Assembly: GCA_977017575.1 (NCBI GenBank)
Contig: CDRNVI010000143.1
Coordinates: forward strand, 1-64,000
Direction: 5' to 3'
DNA length: 64,000 bases
Source: Paramoeba atlantica
Taxonomy: Eukaryota > Protista > Discosea
Shown here piece after piece: positions 25,301 to 37,432 of this stretch. Under the pieces are notes generated by a model, which worked only from the letters and a program-made list of their open reading frames with translations, had not been told where the DNA came from and ran no database searches. The position numbers and the translations under genes were made by a program. The number at the start of each line of letters is the position of its first letter. The first letter of the stretch is position 1.

Positions 25301-28300
25301 CTCTTCCTCACTATCCTCTTCTTTGAGTCAGAGAAGAAAAAAGAAGTTTGGAATGAAGAAAAAATCCCAAAGGATCCAAAAAACCGAAATAATGGAAAAA
25401 AGTTTACAATTGGAATTGGGGGGGGAGGAGGAACAACCACTGTCGCACCAAGGTTTGGGTTTGCTGTTGAAAAAGAGGAGGAGGAAGAAGAAGAAGAAGA
25501 AAGAGAGAGAGAAGATGAGGAAGACAAGCCAGAGGAGGAGGAGGAAGTTTTTTGGGGGAAAAAAGAAGAAGAGATAAGTTTTGGAGAAAAGAGAATAATC
25601 TCTTTCATTGGAATTGTTGTTGAAAAGTCAAAACAACAACAATGTCTCAATTCTTGAGATGATGATGAAAAAGAGATATTTTCTCTATCTTGTAAGGAAC
25701 CAGGAGGTGGTGGGGGAGGGGAATTCGAGAAGGAGGAGGAGAAGGGAGAAGAATGAGAAGAATGAGAAGAAGAGTTTGAACAATGTGACTGCTGCTGCTG
25801 CTGTTGAGGCAAACGAGAAGAACAAGAATAAGAAGAACAAGAAAAAAAAGAACGACTTAAGGCAGAGGAGGAGGAGGAGGGAGACTGTTGCTGCTGCTGC
25901 TGCTGATGTTGCTGAGCATTTGGATCCAAAGTATTCGAACGAGAAGAAATTTGTTGTTGTTGTTGTGGTCCAACAAAAATCTTTGAAGGAGAGGATGATA
26001 CACTCTGATCAGAGAGAAGTGTGGTATCACAAAAAGAAAATTTTCTTAAAAAAGAAAATAAGTCAGCGAATTGTTGTGTTTTTTCACAGTGGTCTGACCA
26101 CTCCTGATCAACAATAGGAGGATCATCAGCATCATCATCACTCCAAAAAGTATGTTTTCCACCGTAACTTCCCACTCGAATATGAGAGACATCACATAAC
26201 TGTAAGGCTTTCACAATCAATGAAATCGAAAAATTTTGTGTTTTCCGGATCACACACTTTCGAGGAGAAGATTTTGGAGGAGGAGAAGATTTTTTCGAGG
26301 AAAAAGAAGAAGAGGAGACATCTTCACCATCTCCTTCTTCATCAAATCCAGGTTGAAGGTCGACTGAAAGGACTCCGTAAATATTCAAAAAGTGAACAAA
26401 AGCTGTCCGTTTTGGAAAAGATTGTTCAGTATCAGGAAACCAAAGAAAAACTGGTTGAATAGAGAGGATATTCACGAAGGGATAACGAAATAAAAGAGGA
26501 TCTTCAGGGAGAGAACACGAAAAAGAATCAGGTATCAAAAGAGTTGATGGCCCTCCAACAAATAAAGGAAGCTCAGAGACAGGCAGCCAAAAGGTGTAAA
26601 AATCTAAATCTACCAATCCATCCGCCCATATTGGCAGTTGAGGTAAATCCAGAATGGATTTACCATCACATTCACCATCACCATCACCATCACCATCACC
26701 ATCACCATCACCATCACCATCACCATCACCATCACCATTACCACCAAAAGACTGCTTTGAAGAAGGAAAGTATTCTTCTTCTTCTTTACTTTCTTCTTCT
26801 TCTTCCCCTTCCTCTTTTACTTCTTCAATTGTCCCTTCTTCTTCTTCTTTTTCTCCAAAAAAAGAAGTTACACAGTGGTAGTGGTGTGACTCTTCTTCCT
26901 CTTCTTCAGACAAAGACCGAATAGAATGATCATCACCATCACCATCACCATCACCATCGCCATCATCCATCTTTTTTGGTTCAAAAAAAATTACATCATC
27001 ATTGTCACTAAAAATTTAAAAAAAAACAATAAATTAGAAAAAAAACAAAATGAAAAAAAGAAAAGAAAAGAAAAAAACAATACTTAATAATAAAAAAAAT
27101 AAAGAAAAACAACACTTAATAAAAAAAATAGATATTTTAGTGTGAACCTGAAAGAAGAAAAAGAGAGTTGTGGAGACGAAACATTAAGTATATGATCTCT
27201 TTCTTCTGTTTTCTCCTCGTTATAACTACTCATCATGAAGAGTAGTGATTCTTCTGTAAAGAAAAAATAAGAAAAAATTTTCTTCATTGTGTTTTTGTTC
27301 ATTGAACCTTCCTCCCAACCCAAAACCCAAAGGAGAGAGAGAGAAGAGAGAGAGAGGGAGGGAGGTTGAAAGAAAGAAAATAAAATGAAACAGAGATGAG
27401 ATACCTTTTGTTTTGAGGGATGATGGCAGTGCTGATGAAAAGGGTGGGATAAGAGATAACCTCCTCTTTTCCTCTTCTTTTGTGTCCTCTCCTCTCATCC
27501 TGAAAGATGGAAGTGGTGATGGTGATAAAACATTCTTCTTTTTCTTAAATGATGATGATTTACAAGAAGAAAAAAACTTCTTTTTATCTCCTCTAGAAAA
27601 ATTAAGAAAAAAAAGGTATCATGTTGTTAGAACAAAAATATCTTAACATCATTTTTTTTTGTGACTTTAATTACTTTTTCTATATTTTTTTTTTAAAAAA
27701 AAAAAAAAAAAAAAAACAAAACTGTTGATCAGAAAAAGAAGAATGAGAAGAAGAAGAATGAGAAGAAAAAGAATAATAATCTTCATTATCATTCCTTTTC
27801 AAAGGGTTTTGGGTTCTGCTTTTTTTGTCAATCTTCTTCTTCTTCTTAGCCACCACCACCAGAGAGGGAGACTGAGAACCATGGGATTGAGAACCAAATT
27901 GTTGGGATAAAAATTGAGATGATGATTGAGACTTAGTTGGCTGAGATGTTGGCCACTTGAAAATTTCTTTCTCCTGAAACACTCCCCTAAACCCAAAATA
28001 ACATTAGATGAAAATAGTTGAATTTAATAAAAAGAAACAAAAAAATTTTAATTTAAAAAAGAACAACAAAGAAAAAATAAAAAAGACCACATCAACACAC
28101 AACACACAACACATAATACACAATCAATCAATCAATCTATCAATCAATCAATCAAAAAAAAATTGAAAACAAACATTCCAGCAGACAATGGAGAAGGCTG
28201 CCCCTTTTCTTGCAGAGAACATTGCAGCAAAGAGGATTGGTGAGAAGGGAAAGGAAAAGGGGAAGGAGGAGAAGGGGAAGGGGAAGGCTGCTGATGAGAT

Positions 28301-30070
28301 GGAGAAGGAGAAGGAGAAGGAGAAGGAGAAGGAGAAGGAGAAGGAGAAGGAGAAAGAGAAGGAGAAGGAGAAGGAGAAGGAGAAGGGGATGATGATAGAG
28401 AAGGGGGTGATGGAGAAGGAGAAGAAGAAGAAGGAGGAGGAGAATTAGAGATTTTTTTTCGGTGATTTATCTTCTTCTTTTTTGTTTTGAGAGATGGAGC
28501 AGGAGAAAGTTTCTTCTTCAGTTTTTCAACCCCTCCATCATCCACTAAATAAAATCAAAAAAAAAAAGGAATTGATAAAACTATTTTTCAATAATAAAGA
28601 AAAAGAGAAAAATCAAAAAGTGAACCAGTAGAACAATAATATTGTGGTAGACCATTATCAGTCACAAAGAAGGATCCAGCTTCATCTCTATTCTCACCAC
28701 AATTTTTCTGAATGTTCCTTTTTTTAGAATATCCATAAGGGGGAACCTTCCAAAATAGTATTCTTTGTTGATGATAAAAGAAGTTTTTTGAGTCTTCTGA
28801 AAGACTTTTTCTTCGACGATGACAATGATATCGAGATGGTTCAGATGATTGGCAGTGGATTTGTTGTCTTTCTTGGGGGGGGGGGGGGAGAGCATCCAAA
28901 TCAGCAACAACAGGATCACCAGCAAGAGCAACAGCAGCAGCAGCAGGAACAGCAACAGGAGCAATAGCAGCAGCAGCAATATTGCTGTTGCTGGAAAGAC
29001 TTCTCTTTCGATGAGTGGCACCAAGAGCAGCAACAGGATCACCAACAGCAGCAGCAGTAGCAGCAATAGCAGCAGGAGCAGCAACAGGATCACCAGCAGC
29101 AACAGCAGCAGGAGCCGGAGCAGAAGCAGCAACATTGCTGTTGCTGGAAAGACTTCTCTTTTGATGAGTGGTGCCAAGAGCAGCAACAGGAGCAGAAGCA
29201 GCAACATTGCTGTTGCCGGAAAGACTTCTCTTTCGATGAGTGGTGCCAGGAGCAGGAGCCGGAGCAGAAGCAGCAACATTGCTGTTGCTGGAAAGACTTC
29301 TCTTTCGATGAGTGGCACCAGGAGCAGGAGCCAGAGCAGAAGCAGCAACATTGCTGTTGCTGGAAAGACTTCTCTTTTGATGAGTGGCGCCAAGAGCAGC
29401 AACAGGAGCAGAAGCAGCAACATTGCTGTTGCCGGAAAGACCTCTCTTTCGATGAGTGGCACCAGGAGCAGCAGCAGGAGCAGAAGCAGCAACATTGCTG
29501 TTGCCAGAAAGACTTCTCTTTCGATGAGTGGTGCCAGGAGCAGCAACAGGAGCAGAAGCAGCAACATTGCTGTTGCCGGAAAGACTTCTCTTTTGATGAG
29601 TGGCGCCAGGAGCAGAAGCCGGAGCAGAAGCAGCAACATTGCTGTTGCTGGAAAGACCTTTCTTTCGATGAGTGGCACCAGGAGCAGCAGCAGGAGCAGA
29701 AGCAGCAACATTGCTGTTGCTGGAAAGACTTCTCTTTTGATGAGTGGCACCAGGAGCAGCAACAGGAGCAGAAGCAGCAACATTGCTGTTGCCAGAAAGA
29801 CCTCTCTTTCGATGAGTGGCACCAGGAGCAGCAACAGGAGCAGAAGCAGCAACATTGCTGTTGCTGGAAAGACTTCTCTTTTGATGAGTGGCACCAGAAG
29901 CAGCAACAGCAGCAGCAGCAGCAGCATTATTACAAGAAACACTTTTTTTTTTGCCTAAAGAAAGGGTTATCAGAAGAAAAAAAAAGGAAAAAGGGGGTAG
30001 TTAAGAGAGGAGAGAGAAAAGAAAGGGTTTAAAGTCAGATTTAAAAAAACCAACCTTGATAGTTCAACAT
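22357..30070 (-). CDS. Very large multi-exon protein (~2,300 aa) of unknown function; low-complexity tracts separate globular blocks
   Basis: Hand-built GT-AG model with all phases consistent: (30070-30055 tentative start), 29954-28626, 28544-28175, 27986-27723, 27592-27405, 27253-27148, 27007-22357. It joins track ORFs 28588, 28144, 27680, 27226, 27084 and the 1537-aa ORF. Globular motifs include VKIYSPILHF, GGVRIEIRI, LYRDLINSFGY and CVFC. Confidence 0.8.
28975..29915 (-). repeat. Coding minisatellite, about 12 units of 72 bp (24 aa: ASAPVAAPGATHRKRSLSSNSNVA)
   Basis: AACATTGCTGTTGC recurs at 72-bp spacing over most of the array. The Ala/Pro minus frame is continuous with ORF 28588-28899 and bounded by splice sites. 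Confidence 0.9.
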
Positions 30071-30703
30071 ATTCAGAACCAAAAAAAAACTGAAATAAGA
30101 GCGCAGGGGGAGAGTGGTACAAAAAATACTAAAACGAAAGGATAAAATCGTTTCTCTAAAGAAAGAGTAAAAAAAAAAAAAAAAAGAAAATGTTCTTTTC
30201 TTTTTCGCCCAACAAAAAATAAAAAAAAATGAGTTTTTTTGTTGTGCAAGTGAAAACTCAAGAATAAAAAAAATCACAATCCCAAGGGAATACAACAATT
30301 CAGACTATTTAAAAAAAAAACTATTTGAAAATTCATACCTCTTTTATTTTGTGACATAAAAAAGTTCTTTTTGAATTCAAAAAAGTTCACAGAAATTTCA
30401 TTTGTAGAGTGAGCGAGTGAGTGTGACACCACATAAATCAAAAACTCTCTGAAAAAATCACTAAAACCAAAAATTAAAAAAAGATCCTTTTCACTATCAA
30501 AATGAGTTAAAATAAATCAAACCAAAAAGGAATCATCCCTTCCAAAGCGTGTGGTGTGTGTTTTTGTGTTCTCTATTCTCTCTATTCTCTTTGCTTCCTT
30601 ATTTTTCCTTCCATCCTACATTCTTTTCATTTGGTTTCCTTTTCTTTTTTTTCATTATTTTTGATTCTTTGTAATAACATATTTTTGTTTCATTACGACA
30701 AGT

Positions 30704-30750
30704 ATGATGAAACAAGCGAAGATTGATTTTCAATCGAACCATCAACAACC

Positions 30751-30781
<31 letters not shown>

Positions 30782-33700
30782 CCACAACAATCGCAACTCC
30801 AACTACAACCACAACAACAACAACAATCGCAACTACAGAATCCACAACAGGGGGATTCTGTTTCCCTCTCTCAACAAGATGCAGCAACACCAACAATCCG
30901 AACAATGACAGAAATAATTCAAGAACAAAATATTGAAAAAAAAGTCGAATACCTCAAAACATTTTGGACAATTCCATCAAGAGGATCTGCAACACAAAAC
31001 AAAGAAACCCTTCCAACACATCTCCAAGAACTTGAAAATGAATCCATGATTGAGATATTAGCAAGTCAATATTATGATGATCCGGTAATTATGGTTGATT
31101 ATGGTTGTTGATTGTTATGGTTGTTGTGTGGTTGTATGTAATTGTGGTTGTTGTGGTTGTAGTTGTGGTTGTTGTTTGTTGTTTGGTTGTTGTTGTTTTT
31201 TGTTTGGGGAAGGGAAAAAAAGAGCACCAGAGGTTTGTTTGTTTGTTTTTTTGGCGAGGAAATCTTCTTTTCAGCAAAAAAAAATTCGCGAATTTTTTTG
31301 TTTTTTGTTTTGTTTTTTGTTTGTTTTTTGTTTTTTGTTTTTTGTTTTTTCTGTCAGCAGTTTGAGAAAAGAAAGAAGAAAATTTCTTCAGAAAGAATGA
31401 AATGAAGAGAATATTATTATAACTCTTTCAGTATTTTTTTTATTTATCTTTTTTTTCTTTTCAAAAACAAACACTTAGGAAGTGAATTCACGATGCATAA
31501 GCTCTGAAAAGGAACAAAATGCATTGAAACAATCACTTTCTCAAAGCGGATGGAATTTGGGTTTGCTTGGTCTTTTTTGTTTTGCTAAAAAAATGAATTG
31601 TGATGGAAACAAAGAAATTCGAGTGACAAATGAAAATCTTGTAATGTTTTCTGCAATTGATGGACGACACCGTTGTCTCGTTTTGAAGGTATTTTTCTTT
31701 TTTTTTTCAATGTTCTTTCAAGAGTGCAAGAAAGGGGAGTGTTTCTTGTTGGGGGGGGGGTGTTGTTGTGATTTGGTTTTTTTTGTGTTGTGGGTTTTGG
31801 GTTTTGGGTTTGTGTTTATGGATATATTTTTATAGGAGTGGAATTCCATACTTTCAACAACATGCTTTTTTTTTGTTTTGTTTTGTGTGTTGTGTTGTAG
31901 AAGGATAAAATAATACAACACCAATAATGCACAACAACAACCTTTAAAAACCCCATTAATTACCCTATCCCCACCTGGTTATTGACCCCCCTTTTTTTTC
32001 TCTAAATTCTCTGATTTATAGAATTTGAGTTTTACTCATAATGATGTTTTGGGTTCAGAAACAACACCCTTCTTTCCTCTTTCTGCTTCCTCCTCCTTAT
32101 CATTTCTTACTTCTTCTTCTCTTTCTTCTTTTTCTTTTTCTCCTTCTTCTTCTTCTTCTTCTTCTTCTTCTTCTTCTTCTTCTTCTTCTTCTTCTTCTTC
32201 TTCATTGTACAAGAAGTTTCGAACCATTTGCCGAGGGAGATGGTGGTCTTTTACGAACTTTAATTCTGAACCACAACAAAAACTATTTTTTCTTTTTGAA
32301 GGGATTGCTTCAACAAACCGAAATGTTTTTGTTCAATGGACATTATTGGATTTTGTTCGTGCAATTCGAAAAATTCGACAAAATTTTGAAAGGGCTGATT
32401 TTGAAGAAGAAGAAGAAGAAAAGGGAGGAGGAGATAGCAGAGGAGATGATAGCAATAAGGCTGGTGAGTTGAAAGACAGTGAGGAGAAGGCTGAGGAGAA
32501 GACTGAGGAGGAGAAGAAGACTGAGGAGGAGGAGGAGGAAGGAGGGAAGAGGAGAAAAACAAAGAAAAAAAAAAAGAAAAAAAAGAAAAAAAAGAAAATG
32601 ACAGAAAATTTTTTAAAAAAACTTTTGCAGTTAGAACACACCTCATCAAAACAAACACTTCTTCGGATGGCTAATACAATTTTAAATTCTGCCGGAATGG
32701 AGTCTCAAATGATTCGATATTTAGTTCAGAGTGATTTGATTGTTGAAGAGAAAGGAGAAGGAGAAGGAGAAAGAGGAGAAGGAAAAGGAAGACGAGATTC
32801 AAAGGTTTTTTATTTTTTATTAATTTTAAAATATTTAAAGAATATCCTTATTTTTTTAATTTAAACCCCTCCCATAAAAAAGCCAACAACCCTCTTTTTT
32901 TCTTTTTTCTTTTTCTTTTCTTTCTTTATTGCAAATATTAATTTGAAGAAAAAACTCTTCTCTTCTCTCTCTTCTCTCTCTTCTCTTTTCTTCTTTCTTC
33001 TCTTATTTCTCTCTTTTCTCTTCCCTCTTTCTCTCATTTCTCTTTTTTCTCTCTTCTCTTCTCTTTTCTTCTCCCGGCGGGGTTCTCTTCTCCCGGGTTC
33101 TCTTCTCCCTGGTTCTCCTATCTATCTCTTCTTTCCTTTTCTTTTTTTTTTTAGAAAGTAGATTTTGTTTTAAATGTACTTGAATTTTGGAGAGTTCTTC
33201 ATTTGAGCACATATAAAGATATTTTTTATCGTGGCTTTTTTATGTGTGGACCTGTACAACAACAACAACACACCACCACCACCACCACCACCACCACCAC
33301 CACCACAATGTCTCCTTTTGTGGGTGTTGGTTCTCCTATCTCGTCTTCAGAGCATCCATCGTCATCATTGCCATCGCTATCATCCTCCTGTTTCTTTGCT
33401 CAAAACGATCAAAAGAGAACTGAATTTCTTCAATTTTGTGCTTCCAATCTAAAGCATGTGAGTTCAAAATCAAGTATTGGTTTATTTCATCAGAAATTTA
33501 AAGAAATTTTTATCCCAGAAGATGCTCAAAATTTCATTTTAACTGGCCCTCTTCCGATGAACATCATTAATCGAAACTGTCGAAAAGGTTTATCTTTTAT
33601 TTTTTTTCTTCTTTTTTTTTCTCTCTAATTAGAAAAGAACCACACAAAACATACAACACACAACACAACACAACACAACACAACACAACACAACACAACA

Positions 33701-34202
33701 CAACACAACACAACACAACACAACACAACACAACACAACTACAAAAAAAAAACCTGTGGCTGCTCTGTTGTGCTTTATTCATTTTTTAAGAAATAATTTT
33801 ATTAATTATTTTAAATAATTTTAATAGATACGAAACAACAACAACAACCTGCCAAAACTACTAATAGTATCATTGAGGGAGATGGTGGTGACAATGAGAT
33901 TATTGTTATTTCTGATGATGAAGTTTTTTCATTGTCACCAGTAATAATAAGTTGTTTGAAGAGTGGTGATGATAAGGAAGAAGAAGAGAAGGAAAGGGAA
34001 AGAGAAAGTGTTTCGGATGATAGTAAAGAAGAAAAGAGAGATGATAAAGAAGAAAAAGAAACTGCTGAGGAAAAGAAAAAAGAAAGAGAGAAGAAAAAGG
34101 GAGAAAGAGAACAACATACTACTGCCACCACAACATCATTATTATCATTTCTATACCAAAAAATAATCCACTTTTACCTTTTCAATATTTTATCACTACA
34201 AG

Positions 34203-34261
<59 letters not shown>

Positions 34262-35108
34262 AACTCTTTTTCTTCTTCTTCTTTGAACTACCATTGTAAC
34301 ATCGTCACTTCTTTAAAAAAAAAGAAGCATTACAAAAAGTTCGATAAAATGATAAAAGAAATTTCTTTTCACGGTTTTAGTTATCTCTCAACCCAACCTG
34401 CCAGTCTCTCTTTGAAGCATTCTTCTTCTTCTTCTTCTTCTTCATTAGATGGAAATAAAAACCCCTCGATTACCATCGTATCATCGATCGAAGACTTGCT
34501 TGCTGAGGTAACTACTATTTATCTATCTCTCTTCTCTCTCTCTTGGTTAAAAAATCATTTTTTTTATTTAAAATGATTGAAATTTTTTTTTAAAAAAAGG
34601 AAAAAAAGAAAAAACATATCGATATTATCTTTTTTAGTTCTTTTACCAATGATGGTGATGATAAAAGAGTTGCAACTGCTGGTTTTGAACTGGTTTTTTA
34701 TTTTCTTATTTTCTCATTTTATTTATATTTATTTAAAAATTATTTATTTTTTATCTTTTCTTTTCTCTAAACCCAAATCATATTGGTCTTTCTAAAATCC
34801 CCTTTCTTCCACCCAACACCCTAACACCCTAAAACCCTAACCTCAGTTGTACGAACTTCAAAATTTTACCAACCTGCTTAACATTATCAAAGAAATGAAT
34901 AAGTTAATTGTTTTCTTTGTTCCATTGAGTCGCTTTGAATTCACTCTCGATCAATTAAACAAAAAACAAATTTTAATTGATTCTATTTGGTTATTTTTTT
35001 ATTTATTTTTCCCACCAAATCCAAACACACACACACATAATACAACAATACTCTCTTCTTCTGAACTCTCTTCTGAACACATGTGTCACCCTAAACCCTC
35101 TTTTCTTT

Positions 35109-35156
<48 letters not shown>

Positions 35157-36773
35157 TTTTATATGTAACTCTTCCTCTCCTTCTCCTCTCCCTCCTTCTC
35201 TCTTTTCTCTCTTTTCTCTCTTTCTCTCTCTTCTTTCTCTCTCTTTCTTTCTCTCTTTTCTTTCTCTCTTTCTTTTTCTCTTTCTTTCTCTCTTTCTCTC
35301 AGTTTCATTCATTTGAAGCAAAACAACACCCAAAAAAGCAAAGAAGAAAAATGTTGTAACAAAAATTACAATTCTTTACCAATTTGGGTTTTGATTTATT
35401 CCCGAGAACCAAACGTAAAAAAGACAACGAAAGATGTTCTGTTCCAATGTCGTTATCAGAATATTGTAAAAGATGGTAATTTTGCCCAGTGGCTGCAAGG
35501 AAGAGAAAAAGTAAGAATGTCGTTCGAGAATGTTGTTATTCAAATGAAAAGTTATTCGTTTCAACGTAGTGATGGTGGTCGTAAAATGATTTCTTACTTT
35601 ATTGAGTCTGCTGTTCTGTGCCATATTCATTATCTTTTGAATGAATGTTTTTGCCCTACATCTCGAAATTTACATGTATGGGACCTTTGTGGTCAAGTTT
35701 GCCCCCAAAAAGACTTATGGGGACATTTCCAGTGGAAGTCAATCTCAATATTGAGTTCTTCCCCTCAATCTCTTGCTGATTTTCTCGAAATTGATAAATT
35801 AGTGGACACTCCTCTTCACAAATGTGGTGGTGGTCAACAACAACAACAACAACAACAAACAAAAGAGTTCTTTTCCTCTCTTTTCGTGGAGAATGAAGCG
35901 AAAGTGAGTCATTTGGATGACGATAGTGATGAATATGATGGTGATGAAGAAGAAACTGACATGCATTCTTTTATTAATGATTCTGATGAGGAGGAGGGGG
36001 AAGAGGAAGAAGGAGAAGGAGAGAAAGGAGGAGGAGGAGAAAGAGAAGAAGATGAGAAGACAAGAGGAGAGAAGAAGACAGAAGAAGAGAGAGTTGAACA
36101 AGAAGAAGAAGAGAAGAGGATTGAGGGAAAAAAAGAGAAAAAGAAACAAAAGGAGGACCAACAGTTGGTTGAGAAAGAAAAAGAAAAAGAGAAAAGAGAA
36201 AAAGAGAAAAGAGAAGAAAAAGAGAAAAGAGAAAAGAGAAAAAGAAAAAGAGAAAAAGAAGAAAAAGAAAAAGAAAAAGAAGAAAAAGAACAAGAAAAAG
36301 AAAAAGAAAAAGAAGAAAAAGAAAAAGAAAAAGAAGAAGAAAAAGAAAAAAAAAAAGAAAAAGAAGAAGAAAAAGAAAAAGAAAAAGAAAAAGAAAAAGA
36401 AAAAGAAAAAGAAAAAGAAAAAGAAAAAGAAAAAGAAAAAGAAAAAAAAGAAACAGAAAAAGGAACCAGGGCCAAGAAGTCTTTTCGTCATGCAAAAAGG
36501 GGGAAGGGAATCCCTCACAAAACTTCTTCAATTTTTTCATCTTCTATTCAAACACTCTCTTCAGTTCCTTCTTCTTCGTCTTCTTCTTCTTCTTCTTTTT
36601 TGTCTCAACCACCTCTCTCTTCTCGAAAACGACTTGCTTCTACAAACCTCTCTCCTCAAAACCAAGAAAAGAGAAAAAAGAAGATAAGAGAAGAAGAAGA
36701 AAAAAGAAAGAAAATGAGTGTGAGAAAGAAAAGTGGGAAAAAAAGGGAGGAAGTTCCTCGGATTGATTCTTAG
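30704..36773 (+). CDS. Multi-exon ParB/Srx-like domain protein, possibly with a degenerate beta-class N6/N4 DNA methyltransferase-like C-terminal region; may carry lesions
   Basis: Exon 31479-31688 encodes EVNSRCISSEKEQNALKQSLSQSGWN...FSAIDGRHRCLVLK (ParB-type DGxHR at 31659-31673). Later exons correspond to track ORFs 32025, 33203, 33932, 34847 and 35313. The segments LIVFFVP..ICFIHLKQNN..WVLIYSR and HYLLNECFCP..LHVWDLCGQ loosely resemble N6_N4 MTase spacing, but no DPPY was found. Exon 2 has an in-frame TGA at 31398-31400 and two junctions are unresolved. Confidence 0.6.
33655..33738. repeat. (ACACA)n microsatellite (intronic)
   Basis: Direct reading of the sequence. Confidence 0.9.
34202..34260. 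repeat. (CAA)n microsatellite encoding poly-Gln
   Basis: Direct reading; in frame in ORF 33932-34576. Confidence 0.85.
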
Positions 36774-37367
36774 AAAAGTTTTTGTTGGGAAGGGGGGGAG
36801 GGGTAGAAAGTTTAGTGTCTGGTGGTTTTTTTTTTTTTAACTTTGTTGTTTTTATCTCTTTCTCTCTTTAATTTTTTTGGTTGAAAAAAAAAATAAAAAT
36901 TAAAAAAAATTAAAAAAAAAAAATAAAAATAAAAAAAAATTAAAAAATTAAAAAATCAAAGATTTTTTCTTGTTTCTTGTTTCATCTTTTATTAAAGCCT
37001 TCTCCTCCTCCCTCCTTCCCTCCTCTCTCTATATGTCTAATTAGGGTTGTGCAAAAAATATAAGGTTGTTTGATGTCAACAACACTCGTTCAAAAACTTG
37101 ATTGATTCCACACTAATTTAGATGGATCAAAAATCGAGTCATGGTATTGAGTTAAAAAACTGCCCGCCTCAACAACACACTAATATCACACTCCTTATGA
37201 CTGCGTATTTTTGTGTGAAACACCCTGAACAGTCTGTCAATAAAATTAGAGATATAATCACCCTAATCGGATAAGAATAATTATTATGCCTTGCTCATCC
37301 TCATGCTATCCCAAATTAAGAAAATCAAAAAAGAACCTTTTTTGAGCCCTTTTATCCAGAAGAAATG

Positions 37368-37369
<2 letters not shown>

Positions 37370-37428
<59 letters not shown>
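37370..37428. repeat. (TTGA)n microsatellite
   Basis: Direct reading of the sequence. Confidence 0.9.

Positions 37429-37432
<4 letters not shown>

Noticed and set aside
28662-29958. Track ORFs 28849-29958 (+, Ser-rich) and 28662-29942 (-, Leu-rich) as real genes
   Set aside because: They are shadows of a CAG-like repeat; a third frame fits the splice sites and neighbouring exons.
37041-37267. Small TAGGG...CCCTA-bounded hAT-type MITE
   Set aside because: Only about 8 bp of inverted match and no 8-bp TSD.
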